Below, in pieces: positions 30,109 through 40,168 of a DNA stretch of 64,000 bases (its first letter is position 1; each line of letters opens with the position of its first letter). Made by a program: the position numbers and the translations under genes. The stretch is from an uncultured Pseudomonas sp. (lineage in GTDB: Bacteria; Pseudomonadota; Gammaproteobacteria; Pseudomonadales; Pseudomonadaceae): contig CAUQPA010000001.1 in assembly GCA_963519325.1 (NCBI GenBank), forward strand, positions 1,341 through 65,340, read 5' to 3'. Below the pieces are notes generated by a model, which saw only the letters and a list, made by a program, of their open reading frames with translations, was not told the origin of the DNA and did no database searches.

Positions 30109-30936
30109 CTATCGCGGGTGTGAGTCGGTGATGTCCCGCGCGGCTACGGCGATCAGGCAGCAGTAGAACAGCCAGCCACCGATGCTTACCAGGAGCAGCG
30201 CGACACCAAGCCAGTTGCTGGTGGCATCCAGCGCTCTCGCTGTCGCCTGCAGGGTCACTCCGCACAGCGTCAGCAGCCGCATCGGGCCGAGCACGAGCTT
30301 CTGCGATTTGCTGAGCTGCGCCTGAACGGCCCGCGCGGAAGACCATGTCTCTCGACCGGCCATGACCGCAGCCACCAGGTACGGCTCGAGCCGGCCGCCC
30401 ATGATGACGAAGAGCGGCATCAGGCTCAGCTGCTGTTCCACCGCGGTGGTGTAGAGCATCACAAGCAGCGGGCGTTTCTCCGCGCTGAAGAGGTCCAGCG
30501 GCAAGGTGGTGAGGGGTAGCGCCCCGCGCTTCCAGGCGCCGATATCGGAGCCAAGCATCGCCAGGACCGCCAGCGCATTCAGCGCAATGCCGATGACCAG
30601 GGCGAGCGGCGCCGCTACCCGAAAGAAATTACGCCAAGGCGACCCGGCACCTATGGCCGTGCCCAAGACGGGGCGGTCCCCGAGCATCCCTGCACGCCGA
30701 AGTGCGAGCGCCAGCACCAGGAAAATCAACGGCGAACACAGGCTGGCCAGGTGGAACGCCGCTTTACCCAAGATGAGCAGAATGCTCACCGTGGTGAACG
30801 CTGCCAGCAGCGTCAATGCGACAAAGGCGGGTAGCACCTGCACGAATAACGGGACAGCCTGCTTGATCCATCGCGGCCAATCCGACCACCGCGGCGTATG
30901 GGACGCCACTCTCACTTCCATCGTTGCTGCTTCCAT
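30109..30936 (-). CDS. Multi-pass membrane protein
   Basis: Several hydrophobic helices; GAGGA RBS. Confidence 0.6.
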   Translation of the reverse strand: MEAATMEVRVASHTPRWSDWPRWIKQAVPLFVQVLPAFVALTLLAAFTTVSILLILGKAAFHLASLCSPLIFLVLALALRRAGMLGDRPVLGTAIGAGSPWRNFFRVAAPLALVIGIALNALAVLAMLGSDIGAWKRGALPLTTLPLDLFSAEKRPLLVMLYTTAVEQQLSLMPLFVIMGGRLEPYLVAAVMAGRETWSSARAVQAQLSKSQKLVLGPMRLLTLCGVTLQATARALDATSNWLGVALLLVSIGGWLFYCCLIAVAARDITDSHPR

Positions 30937-31208
30937 ATCCTCTCTTCCACCCAGGTGCTGCGCTTCTCGCGCGGGGTCATGGGTAGCTTATCGATCCGCA
31001 GCCAATTGCAACCTGTCTCGTCAGAGCGCCGATCGCGCCACCGGTTCCTTCGGCGGTCCGCCGCAACTGGCCAAAGGGAAGGCAACCTAGTCAAGCCGGC
31101 GCCCAGGGTCAACAGCCCCCTCTCGATCCGGTCCCGCAAGCGGCATGAATGGCCGTTTGCATTTACCGCGGCTCGTGGATGCTGAGCAGGTTCAATGAGG
31201 AATCTGCT

Positions 31209-31727
31209 ATGCACAGAAATGATCACGCGCTGCAGCTCGTCGTCACCAGCGAGCCAACCACCCAGGAGCTCTACAACCTCCTCGGTCGCTACTGCCTACC
31301 GTTCGAGGACCTGGTGCTGACCAACATGCGCCAGGTACTGGGATCCGGGTACCGCAATGGCGCCTATCAGCTTCGCCGCTACTTCAACGGGGCTTTCGCC
31401 CTGGTGCTGCCTGTCGAGGACGGGCTTGTGACGGCGACCCTGGGCCAGGTCGAAGAATCTCTTTCGCTCGAAGCTGCCAGCTACCTGTGCTCACTACTCG
31501 CGCTGTCGCAGCTGATCACCGTCGCGCACAGGCGCAACGACCACGATGATCACTCCCGGCTCCATTACCTCTACTACGGATTACTGGAGGTCCTGAGGGC
31601 CGATCCGACATTCGCTGCGACCGTGACCGCGCCGCACCATCGTCCGCTGACCGACGAGGAAGTTCACCTCGGCGGATCGCTCGCGCCGTTCGCCTACCAG
31701 CCGGCCCTCGAGCGCCTCCTGGATTAG
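31209..31727 (+). CDS. ArdB/KlcA-like antirestriction protein
   Basis: Y..G.Y......NGAF..P, LS.EAA....L..LS, Y..L, C-terminal R.LD. Confidence 0.65.
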   Translation: MHRNDHALQLVVTSEPTTQELYNLLGRYCLPFEDLVLTNMRQVLGSGYRNGAYQLRRYFNGAFALVLPVEDGLVTATLGQVEESLSLEAASYLCSLLALSQLITVAHRRNDHDDHSRLHYLYYGLLEVLRADPTFAATVTAPHHRPLTDEEVHLGGSLAPFAYQPALERLLD

Positions 31728-31797
31728 GCCACGCCCTTGCATTTCCGGTACGCCTGGAAAGATGAGGCGTATCACTCAACGTTGAGCAACCCTAACC

Positions 31798-33045
31798 ATG
31801 GTCCAATCCCCACAGCTCGACCTCTTCCCTCTCGTCGAAGCGGCCTTCCGGAACTGCCCGGATCGGCCGCTGGCCAACGCGGAGCTCTATCGGCTCGTCG
31901 GCGCCGCCGCAGGGCTCCAGGACCGGGAGGTTCACGCCAAGCAGCCAATCGGCGCGGCCGGTCAGCCCCGCAGCCCCGTCACGCGCGAAATCCGCTGGCA
32001 TCAGCAGACCCTCAAGGCCTGCGGCATCCTCGAGCGCGTTCCGCACGAGCGAGGCGTGTGGCAACTGACCGAAGAGGCGAAGCGCGGGATGCATCGCGCG
32101 GCGCCGCAGGTCACGCTGCTAGGGTTCAGCACGTCACTGGGCCTGGCGCTGTTTGGCCACTCGCCCCAGGCGCTGCAGGGTCTGGAAGAGCGCATCGACC
32201 TCGTACTGACCTCCCCGCCCTATCCTCTGCAGCAACCACGGGGATACGGTAATCCGAAGGCGAGCGAATTCACCGACTTCATCTGTCGCACGATCGAGCC
32301 CTTGTTGGGCAACCTTGCCAGCACCGGTAGCCTGGTCCTGAACCTGTCCAACGACATCTTCCTTCACCGATCGCCGGCGCGTTCCACGTATCTGGAGCGT
32401 CTCGTCATCGCCCTGGAAGATCGTCTTGGCCTGCACCTGATGGACCGCCTGGTGTGGGAGAACCGTAGCAAGGCACCGGGCCCCCTCCAGTGGGCGAGCC
32501 TCAGCCGGCAACAGCTCAACGTTGCTTGGGAGCCTTGCTACTGGTTCTCGCCTGATCCGCTTCGATGCAAAGCGAACAATCGGAGGGTCTTGGTTCCGCA
32601 TTCCGATCGGCAAGCTAGGCTCATCGCGGCCGGGGGCGAGACGCGGCAGACCTCCTATGGCGACGGCGCTTACCGACTGCGCCCGGGTAGCTTCGCGGCG
32701 CCCACAGAGGGTGCCATACCGAAAAACGTGCTGCAGATCGGCCACAGCTGCAGACGCAGCCGTGAGCACCGGAAGGCGTTGATCGAATCCGGCCTACCGG
32801 CGCACAGCGCGCCCTTCCCCTTCGCCCTGGCAGACTTCCTCATACGGTGGCTGACCGAGGCGGACGACCTGGTGGTGGATCTGTTCGCCGGCCGCATGAT
32901 GGTCGGGCGGGCGGCGGAAGAAGCCGGGCGACGCTGGATCTGCGTCGAGAACATCCTCGAGCACGTGATGGGCGCAGCGGCGCTCTTTCGCGGGTTCGAC
33001 GGCCTGTGGATCAACCCTGCGCTCCAGCCTTCATCGCAGCTTTGA
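31798..33045 (+). CDS. Orphan beta-class N4-C/N6-A DNA methyltransferase
   Basis: TSPPY catalytic motif before H.A.FP and DLFAG; no cognate endonuclease nearby. Confidence 0.88.
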   Translation: MVQSPQLDLFPLVEAAFRNCPDRPLANAELYRLVGAAAGLQDREVHAKQPIGAAGQPRSPVTREIRWHQQTLKACGILERVPHERGVWQLTEEAKRGMHRAAPQVTLLGFSTSLGLALFGHSPQALQGLEERIDLVLTSPPYPLQQPRGYGNPKASEFTDFICRTIEPLLGNLASTGSLVLNLSNDIFLHRSPARSTYLERLVIALEDRLGLHLMDRLVWENRSKAPGPLQWASLSRQQLNVAWEPCYWFSPDPLRCKANNRRVLVPHSDRQARLIAAGGETRQTSYGDGAYRLRPGSFAAPTEGAIPKNVLQIGHSCRRSREHRKALIESGLPAHSAPFPFALADFLIRWLTEADDLVVDLFAGRMMVGRAAEEAGRRWICVENILEHVMGAAALFRGFDGLWINPALQPSSQL

Positions 33046-33424
33046 ACGCCCGGCGATGGGTCGAACTCAGGCTTTTCGAAGACTGGCCCTGGCTACCCTG
33101 CTGCTGTCGATCAAACCGGAGCTCGGCAGCATGCACCTTCTTCAGCGAATCACCCAGGGCACTACGAGCGGGACGCTCCTCGCCGTCGGCTTTTGCAGCG
33201 CCATCAGCATCGCATTTTCCGCCGGCCCGCTGAGCCGATCGCTCTCCGGTGGCAACGCCGTCGACGGCTGCCCACTGGCAGCGGATCGGGCGGCGAGCTC
33301 CCAGCAGCTCGACGCCGCCAGCCTGGCAGCTTCGCACCCGAACTTGCTGAACGAGCGACCGGCCTCGCCGGACTGGCTCGATCACTCCTTGGCGGCTCTC
33401 TACTGCCACACCAAGTAGCTCAGC

Positions 33425-33733
33425 TCAGGCGTGCTCTGGCCGCCTATGACTTTCATCAATCCTAGCTCCCACCGCGCCCGCTATCCGCCGCCGAGGCTTC
33501 TGCTTGCGCTTAAGGTACTCGGCCCGGCACTGGGCAAACCACTCGCCGGCCAGGCGGGCGAGATGTCGATGCTGTGGCGCGGTAATCGAGCCGACATCGA
33601 GCAGGGCCAGGATGTATCCTTCCAGCTGCCCGTAGAGGCGAACCAGGTGGCCAAGGCCCATGACGGCCATCTGCTCGATCAGCGCGACCCAGCGCAGCCG
33701 CGCTTGGTGGGGAAGAAACTCAAGGTCTGCCAT
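33425..33733 (-). CDS. Hypothetical protein
   Basis: AAGGAGG RBS. Confidence 0.55.
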   Translation of the reverse strand: MADLEFLPHQARLRWVALIEQMAVMGLGHLVRLYGQLEGYILALLDVGSITAPQHRHLARLAGEWFAQCRAEYLKRKQKPRRRIAGAVGARIDESHRRPEHA

Positions 33734-33831
33734 AACGCCTCCTTAAGGTCGTCGTACTACTGTAGACCTTCTCAATTCGGCCGCCATCCCGGTAGTAGGC
33801 GTCATCACCGCAAAAATAAGGGCCCGCCGGC

Positions 33832-34122
33832 ATGACATTCTCTCCGGAGCAGCACATCCAGTTTCTGCTTGCCGTGATCGCCCAGGCGAAGCGGCTGCAC
33901 GCCGAATCGTCCGACGGACACGATATGGATTGGCCTGATCTTGACGATCTGCAGCAGCAGGCGTGGGCGTGGAGCGCCTGTCAGAGCCTGGGCCACCCTC
34001 TTCAGCGGTGGCGCGCGGCGATAAGCGCCACACGGCAGCCCGGCCAGACGGTCAAGCAGCTGCTGTCGACCCTCCACGGCCCGGGTACCGCAGGACTCCA
34101 AGCTGTTCAGCGTGCAGGCTAG
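33832..34122 (+). CDS. Hypothetical protein
   Basis: ORF divergent from 33733. Confidence 0.4.
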   Translation: MTFSPEQHIQFLLAVIAQAKRLHAESSDGHDMDWPDLDDLQQQAWAWSACQSLGHPLQRWRAAISATRQPGQTVKQLLSTLHGPGTAGLQAVQRAG

Positions 34123-34487
34123 CCCGGGCGCTGGTGGAGCGCCTGGACGTTGCGACACAGGGTGGTCAGCTGACCGAACGACCACGGCTTAGGAAGGAAC
34201 GAGGCCTTCGGTAGCTCCGGTGTCGCTGACACATCGCCGGACGATACGACGATCGAAGTTGCTGGCCAGCGCGCCATCACCTGCTTGGCCAGGGCCAACC
34301 CATCCATGGCTCCGGGCATTCGCACATCGGTGAACAAGAGATCCGGCGCTTGCGCCGCGGTCTGCAGGTGCCGCCAGGCATCGTCCGCCGTTGCGAAGGC
34401 AGTGACGTCGAGTCCTTCGGACTCGAAGATCTCGGTCAGCATCTCCACAAGAAGCGGCTCATCTTCAGCAATCACTACCAGGCACAT
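34119..34487 (-). CDS. Stand-alone response regulator receiver
   Basis: AEDE, LFTDVRMPG.MDG, SSG, LPKP; start may be 34517. Confidence 0.85.
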   Translation of the reverse strand: MCLVVIAEDEPLLVEMLTEIFESEGLDVTAFATADDAWRHLQTAAQAPDLLFTDVRMPGAMDGLALAKQVMARWPATSIVVSSGDVSATPELPKASFLPKPWSFGQLTTLCRNVQALHQRPG

Positions 34488-34628
34488 CGAGGCCACCGCT
34501 AGAGGAAACGCATGCATCACCAGATGCGGACGGCGAGGCGTTCGTTCGGCTAATCCGATGAAGGGATAGCTAATCCACACGGCATCGCCAATAGTGCGGA
34601 GTAGAAGGCCTTATCGCTTATCGCGCGC

Positions 34629-34955
34629 TTAATTCACCAGCGGCGTGCGGCGCGCCTGCGGCTCCGGCTCAGCCCCCGGTGCAGCACCTGGCGCAGCACT
34701 CCGGCATAAGGCGTTGCCAGCCTCATCGGAGATGGCCACAAGCTGCGGGACCTTAGGGCCTGGCCGTACGCCCCACAGGCAGCCCTGGGCGTCCTGCAGC
34801 ACAGCGCCGCGGCCGATCGGGTTGGCCACGGCCTCCAGGCGGTCGAGCAGGGGGAGTTCGTCCGGCGTTTCGGCCGCAACGGCTCCGGCCAGCGGCAAAC
34901 TGGCAATCACGGCCAGCAGCAGCCCCTTAAGCAATCGTGCACCAGAACCAGTCAT
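34629..34955 (-). CDS. Small secreted hypothetical protein
   Basis: Signal peptide, two Cys; overlaps the 3' end of the ATPase gene. Confidence 0.55.
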   Translation of the reverse strand: MTGSGARLLKGLLLAVIASLPLAGAVAAETPDELPLLDRLEAVANPIGRGAVLQDAQGCLWGVRPGPKVPQLVAISDEAGNALCRSAAPGAAPGAEPEPQARRTPLVN

Positions 34956-36411
34956 TCTGGGTCTCCCCCTTCATCTTCAACTGAACCAACATGGTCTTCG
35001 TCGGGGTCACCCAGGCCAGGGCATCCTCCCGCAAACGAAGCTTGGTGGCGCTCTGGCGCCAGTACATCTCATCGATGCCGAGGACGATCTTGGTCGCAAC
35101 GGATGCGACGAAGTCCTCCGGAAAATGCGTTGGGCTTTGCGAGGCAGCCACGAGCATCAGGCCGAATTTGCGCGCCTCCTTGGCGATGCGGTTGATTGGG
35201 CTCTCGGGGTCGTCGTCGGCGTAGATGTGGGCCTCATCCAGGATCACGACGTCGACGATGTGGTCTTGCTCGCCGCGCTCGACAGCCGCCAGGAACAGCT
35301 CCTCCAGCCGAAAGAGCACGATCAGCTTGCGCTCCTCCATCGACAGGGCGTGGATGTTGTAGCGCCATACCGGATTGGTGGGGTCGAAGGGCGGAATCCC
35401 CGATTTGAAGATGCCGATCGCCTCGAGGTTCTGCAGCCGATCGACCACCGACTTCAGCACGTCGGTGCTGTCGTAGCGCATCAGGCTGTCGAGCTCCTTG
35501 CCGGTGGTGATCGCATCGATGTAGGCGGTATAGCTGTCGATGGCCTTGCGTTTGCTCTTATCGAGCTCCGACTTCTCCGCTTCTTCGTCGAACTGGCTTT
35601 GGCCTTTGCGCAGAGCCTGGATCACCTTCTTGCGGTGCCCCTGGGCGGCGCGGTTGGCGACCTCCAGGTAGGTGACGGCCTCGGCGCCGGAGCCCAGAAA
35701 CGACTGCTGCAGGATGTTCTGCGCCATGCGCAGCGCGTCGCGGATACTAGGATGGGCCCGCCCCATGAGCTTCGGCGGCCAGCGGGTGATGGCGCCCTGG
35801 TACTCGATCTGCGGTACCCACCAGCTGTACAACGGCGCGCCCGACCAGCGCGCGCCCAGGGCCTTGGCCTCGTCCTTCTCGCCCTTGGGCACGTCGATGA
35901 ACAAGCGATCGTCGTTGCCGTCAGTCATGACCACTGCGGCGCCTTCCTCCACAACCCAGGTACTTGGATCCTCCTGCCTGAAGCCGTACTGGGCGTAGAC
36001 GTCGTTCAGCACATTGCGCAGGCAAGCCTCCTGCTTAGGCCCCATCTGGCGCATGCTGCGATTCATGGTGGCAAGAAAGGACTGCACGCGCTTTCGCACA
36101 CCGCCGAAGTGCGGATCGGGGTTCACGCGAAGCGGATTGAGGCCGTAGTTGGTGCGCTCGGAAAAACGAACCTCCGACGCCCCGGGAATCGACAGATCGC
36201 CGTGCACGTCGAAGATGTGGATCCGCGGAATGTGCCTGCCACAGGACTGCAGCATGTGGCTGATCATCTTGCGCAAGGTGTAGGTCTTGCCGGAGCCGGA
36301 CATCCCCACCAAGAGGGTGTGGCCGTTCACCAATTTCTCGCTATCCCACATGACCGGGACCTGACGATTCTTCTTTTGCTCAGCCGCGTCGATACCGAAG
36401 ATGATCTGCAT
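34927..36411 (-). CDS. HerA/VirB4-like P-loop ATPase with inserted DUF5710-like domain
   Basis: GMSGSGKT, DVHGD, LDEAH, EARKFG, ASQS; internal DVPKGEKDEAKALGARW...WWVP. Confidence 0.8.
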   Translation of the reverse strand: MQIIFGIDAAEQKKNRQVPVMWDSEKLVNGHTLLVGMSGSGKTYTLRKMISHMLQSCGRHIPRIHIFDVHGDLSIPGASEVRFSERTNYGLNPLRVNPDPHFGGVRKRVQSFLATMNRSMRQMGPKQEACLRNVLNDVYAQYGFRQEDPSTWVVEEGAAVVMTDGNDDRLFIDVPKGEKDEAKALGARWSGAPLYSWWVPQIEYQGAITRWPPKLMGRAHPSIRDALRMAQNILQQSFLGSGAEAVTYLEVANRAAQGHRKKVIQALRKGQSQFDEEAEKSELDKSKRKAIDSYTAYIDAITTGKELDSLMRYDSTDVLKSVVDRLQNLEAIGIFKSGIPPFDPTNPVWRYNIHALSMEERKLIVLFRLEELFLAAVERGEQDHIVDVVILDEAHIYADDDPESPINRIAKEARKFGLMLVAASQSPTHFPEDFVASVATKIVLGIDEMYWRQSATKLRLREDALAWVTPTKTMLVQLKMKGETQNDWFWCTIA

Positions 36412-37190
36412 CAGGACGCCTTGTCACCGCGGTTTGGTCGGGCTTCTCCGCCAGCAACCGGCTGTGATGTCCGCATTAGATCCTGACGCGCAGCAGCGCG
36501 AAGAGCATTATCCTTCGCAGCGCTTTTTCTCTGGCCAGCGGCGAGCCCGAGGAGCACCAGGCTCACCGCGCCCACCGGTAGACCGTAGGTAAGACGCCCT
36601 GTCCAGCAAGAGGTAACGGCATCGACGAGAAAAATTGCTCCTAGCAGAGCGAGCGTTGCCGGGCTGGGCAAATGTCGCTTCCAGCCCAAGCTATCTCGGT
36701 GCGCCACTTCCAGAGCCGCCAGCGTCCGGACGCACTTAGGCGTGGTCTGCCGCAGATTCGACTTGTCCAGCGTCTCATTGATGAGTTCGAGTACCTGGTA
36801 GGCGTGACTGTCCGACTCGCCAGCGATTAGGCCTTTGACATGGGCGTAGCGTAGATGGCCAACGCGATAAAGACCTTCCGCTTTGGATCGAACTCGCTCC
36901 ATGTGTGCCGCGAGAAAATCCACCTCTTCATCCAGCCGTAGCGAGCCCCTCGCCATGCGCTGGACTAGAGCCACAGCGTCAGGTATCCCAAGCTGAGTTA
37001 GCGAGCAGGCGAGTTCATCCAAATCAGCAACTTCGCTGATTGCAAGATAGCCGTCTGCATAGGGCGCAGTACTGAGCCGTAGTAGCCGGCGATGCATCTG
37101 CTTTGGGGATAGCTCGCTTTCAATCGGACACCACGGAAAGGGGTCGATACCTGCGCGCGATAGCGCGGCGAATACAGCATCTGTGTTCAT
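36411..37190 (-). CDS. Hypothetical protein with two C-terminal TM helices
   Basis: AAGGAG RBS; stop overlaps the ATPase start. Confidence 0.6.
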   Translation of the reverse strand: MNTDAVFAALSRAGIDPFPWCPIESELSPKQMHRRLLRLSTAPYADGYLAISEVADLDELACSLTQLGIPDAVALVQRMARGSLRLDEEVDFLAAHMERVRSKAEGLYRVGHLRYAHVKGLIAGESDSHAYQVLELINETLDKSNLRQTTPKCVRTLAALEVAHRDSLGWKRHLPSPATLALLGAIFLVDAVTSCWTGRLTYGLPVGAVSLVLLGLAAGQRKSAAKDNALRAAARQDLMRTSQPVAGGEARPNRGDKAS

Positions 37191-37290
37191 GGACAGAGCT
37201 CCTTGGAGAAGCCCAGCATGGCGAAAGGGACTGCAGTTTCGAGCCGAGTTCACTCCCGCAGCGGGAGCGAACCCTGCTCATTCACCGCCC

Positions 37291-38355
37291 CTACGTACCG
37301 TTCCTGCCTTGACCCAGCAGCGCGATGGCGAAGCTCGGCACAGCCCGTCTGCAGATTCGCACATCCAGCGTCTGGCCAGACTCGCCGACCAATCCCAGGC
37401 GTACCCCGCCTTCAACCGCCGCAACCTTAGCCGCTGGCGCAGCTGTCTGATCGCTGCACGAAAGCGGTACCGGGTCAGCCGCATAGGTCATCTCTACGCG
37501 GGAGGCGATGTCAGGGTCTGAGCGCACGTCCAGGAGGTGAGCCTTGGTTTCGGGTGGCAGTGAGGTAAACAGCACCTCAGTCACCTCAAACCGCACACGC
37601 AGGATCCAGCGCTCATCCTGCGCGCGTCGGCGTATCGCGTTGAAGCGTCCGTGCAGTCCGGGCAATCCGACCATGTCACGCAGGGGGAGCCAAAGGCCGG
37701 TGCCCAGACTCAAGCGCGATGCTTCCGGAACCTGGCGTTCCTGATGCTCGCCATCAGGGGTGTCAGTGCCGAGCGCTCGCCCATCGCGGCCGTATCGCTC
37801 CGGCCAGAGCTCGCGGGGTGACACGCCGAGGCAGCGCGCGATGAGCGCCTGCAGGCCGACATGTGGTGAACGGCCGAGGCTATCGAAGATCTTCCGCGTC
37901 ACACCGGCATGATGGGTAAGGTGCTCAAGGACGAACTGCCGCTGCTGCAGCCTTGCCTTGATCCAACGAAGCCGGCCTGGCTCAGTGCGAGGACATTCCT
38001 GCAAAGGCTGCGGGCGCGTCTCCCATTGGGCGACATGCATGCCGAAGCCCTCCATACCGGCCTGTGCCGCTGTGGCGCCGCTCAGCTGTTCGAGCAGTGC
38101 ATCGAAGGCCTGCCGTGCGGCCTCCGACCACGGTACGCCATAACGCTCCGGGAAGAGCGCTTCCACGGTCACCTGAAGCGCTTCGGCGATAACCGCTTCT
38201 GCAGCAGGAAAGGTGCGCCGTGCGGCGGTCCGCAGGTTCGATAACTGATTGCTATCCGCGAGCTGCGTCAGATTGGTTCCGCGCTGAGTGAGCGCCCGCC
38301 GGATGGCTGGCCATCGTCTCTCCAATCGATTCGCTTCAAACCACTGGTTCGTCAT
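37291..38355 (-). CDS. Regulator with two Ner-like HTH domains and a Mu-type DNA-binding domain
   Basis: IAEAL.V...LFPERY, IARCLGV.P.ELWPERY, and W...MVGLPGL.....RRAQ...W...SLPPETK. Confidence 0.7.
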   Translation of the reverse strand: MTNQWFEANRLERRWPAIRRALTQRGTNLTQLADSNQLSNLRTAARRTFPAAEAVIAEALQVTVEALFPERYGVPWSEAARQAFDALLEQLSGATAAQAGMEGFGMHVAQWETRPQPLQECPRTEPGRLRWIKARLQQRQFVLEHLTHHAGVTRKIFDSLGRSPHVGLQALIARCLGVSPRELWPERYGRDGRALGTDTPDGEHQERQVPEASRLSLGTGLWLPLRDMVGLPGLHGRFNAIRRRAQDERWILRVRFEVTEVLFTSLPPETKAHLLDVRSDPDIASRVEMTYAADPVPLSCSDQTAAPAAKVAAVEGGVRLGLVGESGQTLDVRICRRAVPSFAIALLGQGRNGT

Positions 38356-38522
38356 ATCTACTACCTCTGTTGGGGTAGATCGACGGTCCCACGAGTTTTC
38401 AAAATGCAAGTCCGCACTCCAGATACCGGGCTAGAGGGGTTAGAGCCTCGCTCGGTGCGCTTGTGACTTGCGTATTTCAAAAGGCTGACAGGGTAGGCAT
38501 TTTCCTTAGCGAGTCGCCGACC

Positions 38523-39314
38523 ATGCCGTCATCTTTCACCTGGAATATCGCGTTCCATTCCGGCTTCACCGCCGACAGCGACCTGCAAGCCGCACTCGAC
38601 GTCGGGATAGCAATTGGGGTCGTCGCCGATCGAGTGACGCTCAGGCAGCAGCTACGGGCCCTGCCTGATCACCTGGACAGGGGTGGGAAGGTCTTCGTCG
38701 ACTCAGGCGCGTTCACGGCTTTCCGCCGGCAGCTGGCCATGGATTGGCCCAGGGTTCTCACGCTCTATCGCGCCTTGTGCACCACGACCCTGCGGCCGGA
38801 GAACCTGAGCATCGTTGCCCCAGACGTAGTGGGCGATCAGCAGGCGACCTTGCTCCTTTGGCACCGCTACGCTCGGGACATACGGAGCTGGATAGACGCC
38901 GGCGCCAGGGTGATCATTCCCCTGCAGGCTGGATCGCTATCAGCCGGCGAGCTGCTGCAGGAGGTGATCGGCCTTCTGGGTACCAAGGCGTTCTGCGCCG
39001 GTATCCCTTCCAACCTCGCCGCAATGACCGCCGCCGACTGTCGTACGCTTGAGCACAACGACTTCCACATCCTGGGACGGGTGGTGATGACCGACGAGCT
39101 ACGAGACAAGGTCGAGGCCCTGCTGACCTGCAACGCTGGGGCCACGATCAGCTCTGACGCCAATTGGCTGAGATCTCGCACCAGGCAGATCGCCGGCGCA
39201 GTGGAGATGCTGCGTGGCACCCCTCACTTGCTGCAGACCCGCCGCACCCGTGCGGTGAAGGCGCTGCTGATGCAAGATGCGTTTAGAAGCGTCGATCAGT
39301 TGGCGCCGCGGTAG
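38523..39314 (+). CDS. TGT/DpdA-like transglycosylase-fold protein
   Basis: FVDSGAF, APDVVGD, PLQ.G, FHILG, SSD. Confidence 0.55.
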   Translation: MPSSFTWNIAFHSGFTADSDLQAALDVGIAIGVVADRVTLRQQLRALPDHLDRGGKVFVDSGAFTAFRRQLAMDWPRVLTLYRALCTTTLRPENLSIVAPDVVGDQQATLLLWHRYARDIRSWIDAGARVIIPLQAGSLSAGELLQEVIGLLGTKAFCAGIPSNLAAMTAADCRTLEHNDFHILGRVVMTDELRDKVEALLTCNAGATISSDANWLRSRTRQIAGAVEMLRGTPHLLQTRRTRAVKALLMQDAFRSVDQLAPR

Positions 39315-39382
39315 AAGGCGGGCGCCGCACCTGAGCGGATAGGCCTACGCGTCGCTGGGCCTCAGCCGCATGAATGCGCCAG

Positions 39383-39823
39383 TCAACGCGCTGCCAACCG
39401 GCGCCCTGCTTGCGACCGCACCGTGTCGTAAGCGACCAGACCGTAGGCCAGTGCCACCCCGCCCGGTGCCACATACATCACCACCTGAGCCATCAACTGC
39501 GCCATAGCCTCTAGCTGCTGTTGCATCCGCTCGACCATATCGCCGGTGGCGTGCACATCCATCATGCCCACGAACCCGACGCTCATGACGAGCCCGATTG
39601 CGATGACGAATGCCAGCATCCAAGCGGCGTGCTTACGGACGGTATCGAAGCCGACCAGCAAGCCTACACACAGTCCCATGCAGATCGTGTAGTACCAGAA
39701 CGTCCAGGCGCTGAAGCCAAGCTCCTCCCCGCCCTTGCCGATCAGCACGCTGAAAAACGCAATACCGGCCCCCAGGAAGGAGCCAGCTACCAAACTCCAA
39801 AACAAACGGCTAATCGCTTTCAT
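39383..39823 (-). CDS. Four-TM membrane protein
   Basis: GGAG RBS; hydrophobic helices. Confidence 0.6.
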   Translation of the reverse strand: MKAISRLFWSLVAGSFLGAGIAFFSVLIGKGGEELGFSAWTFWYYTICMGLCVGLLVGFDTVRKHAAWMLAFVIAIGLVMSVGFVGMMDVHATGDMVERMQQQLEAMAQLMAQVVMYVAPGGVALAYGLVAYDTVRSQAGRRLAAR

Positions 39824-40168
39824 CTCATTCTCCCGTGCAGACATCCTCAGCGGGCCATGCGGTGTCGCTGGGTGCCTACGAATGCGCTGTGCCCACCATG
39901 AGCCAGTCGCTGAGCTCGCGCTTGCTGCTGGCGCGTAACCCTTCCCTAGATCTTCCAGGCTTCGCGCATGTGGCTGTGAGCTCATTCGCACCCCAAAAGG
40001 GGGTGAACTCGCGCGACGCGCTTTCCACACATCATGAGTGGTGGAACAGGCGTCGCCGCCCATCAGAGGGATCGAGTTCGAGATTGCGTCCCGGTAGGAC
40101 CTGGCAACCTGCATATTGCCGCCGACTTCGGCGCCGACGTCCGCCTTCTACCCTAATGTCGAGGTCAC

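Noticed and set aside
33056..33418. 120-aa ORF after the MTase
   Set aside because: Possibly real, but it has no motif or clear RBS and competing ORFs overlap it, so it was left uncalled.
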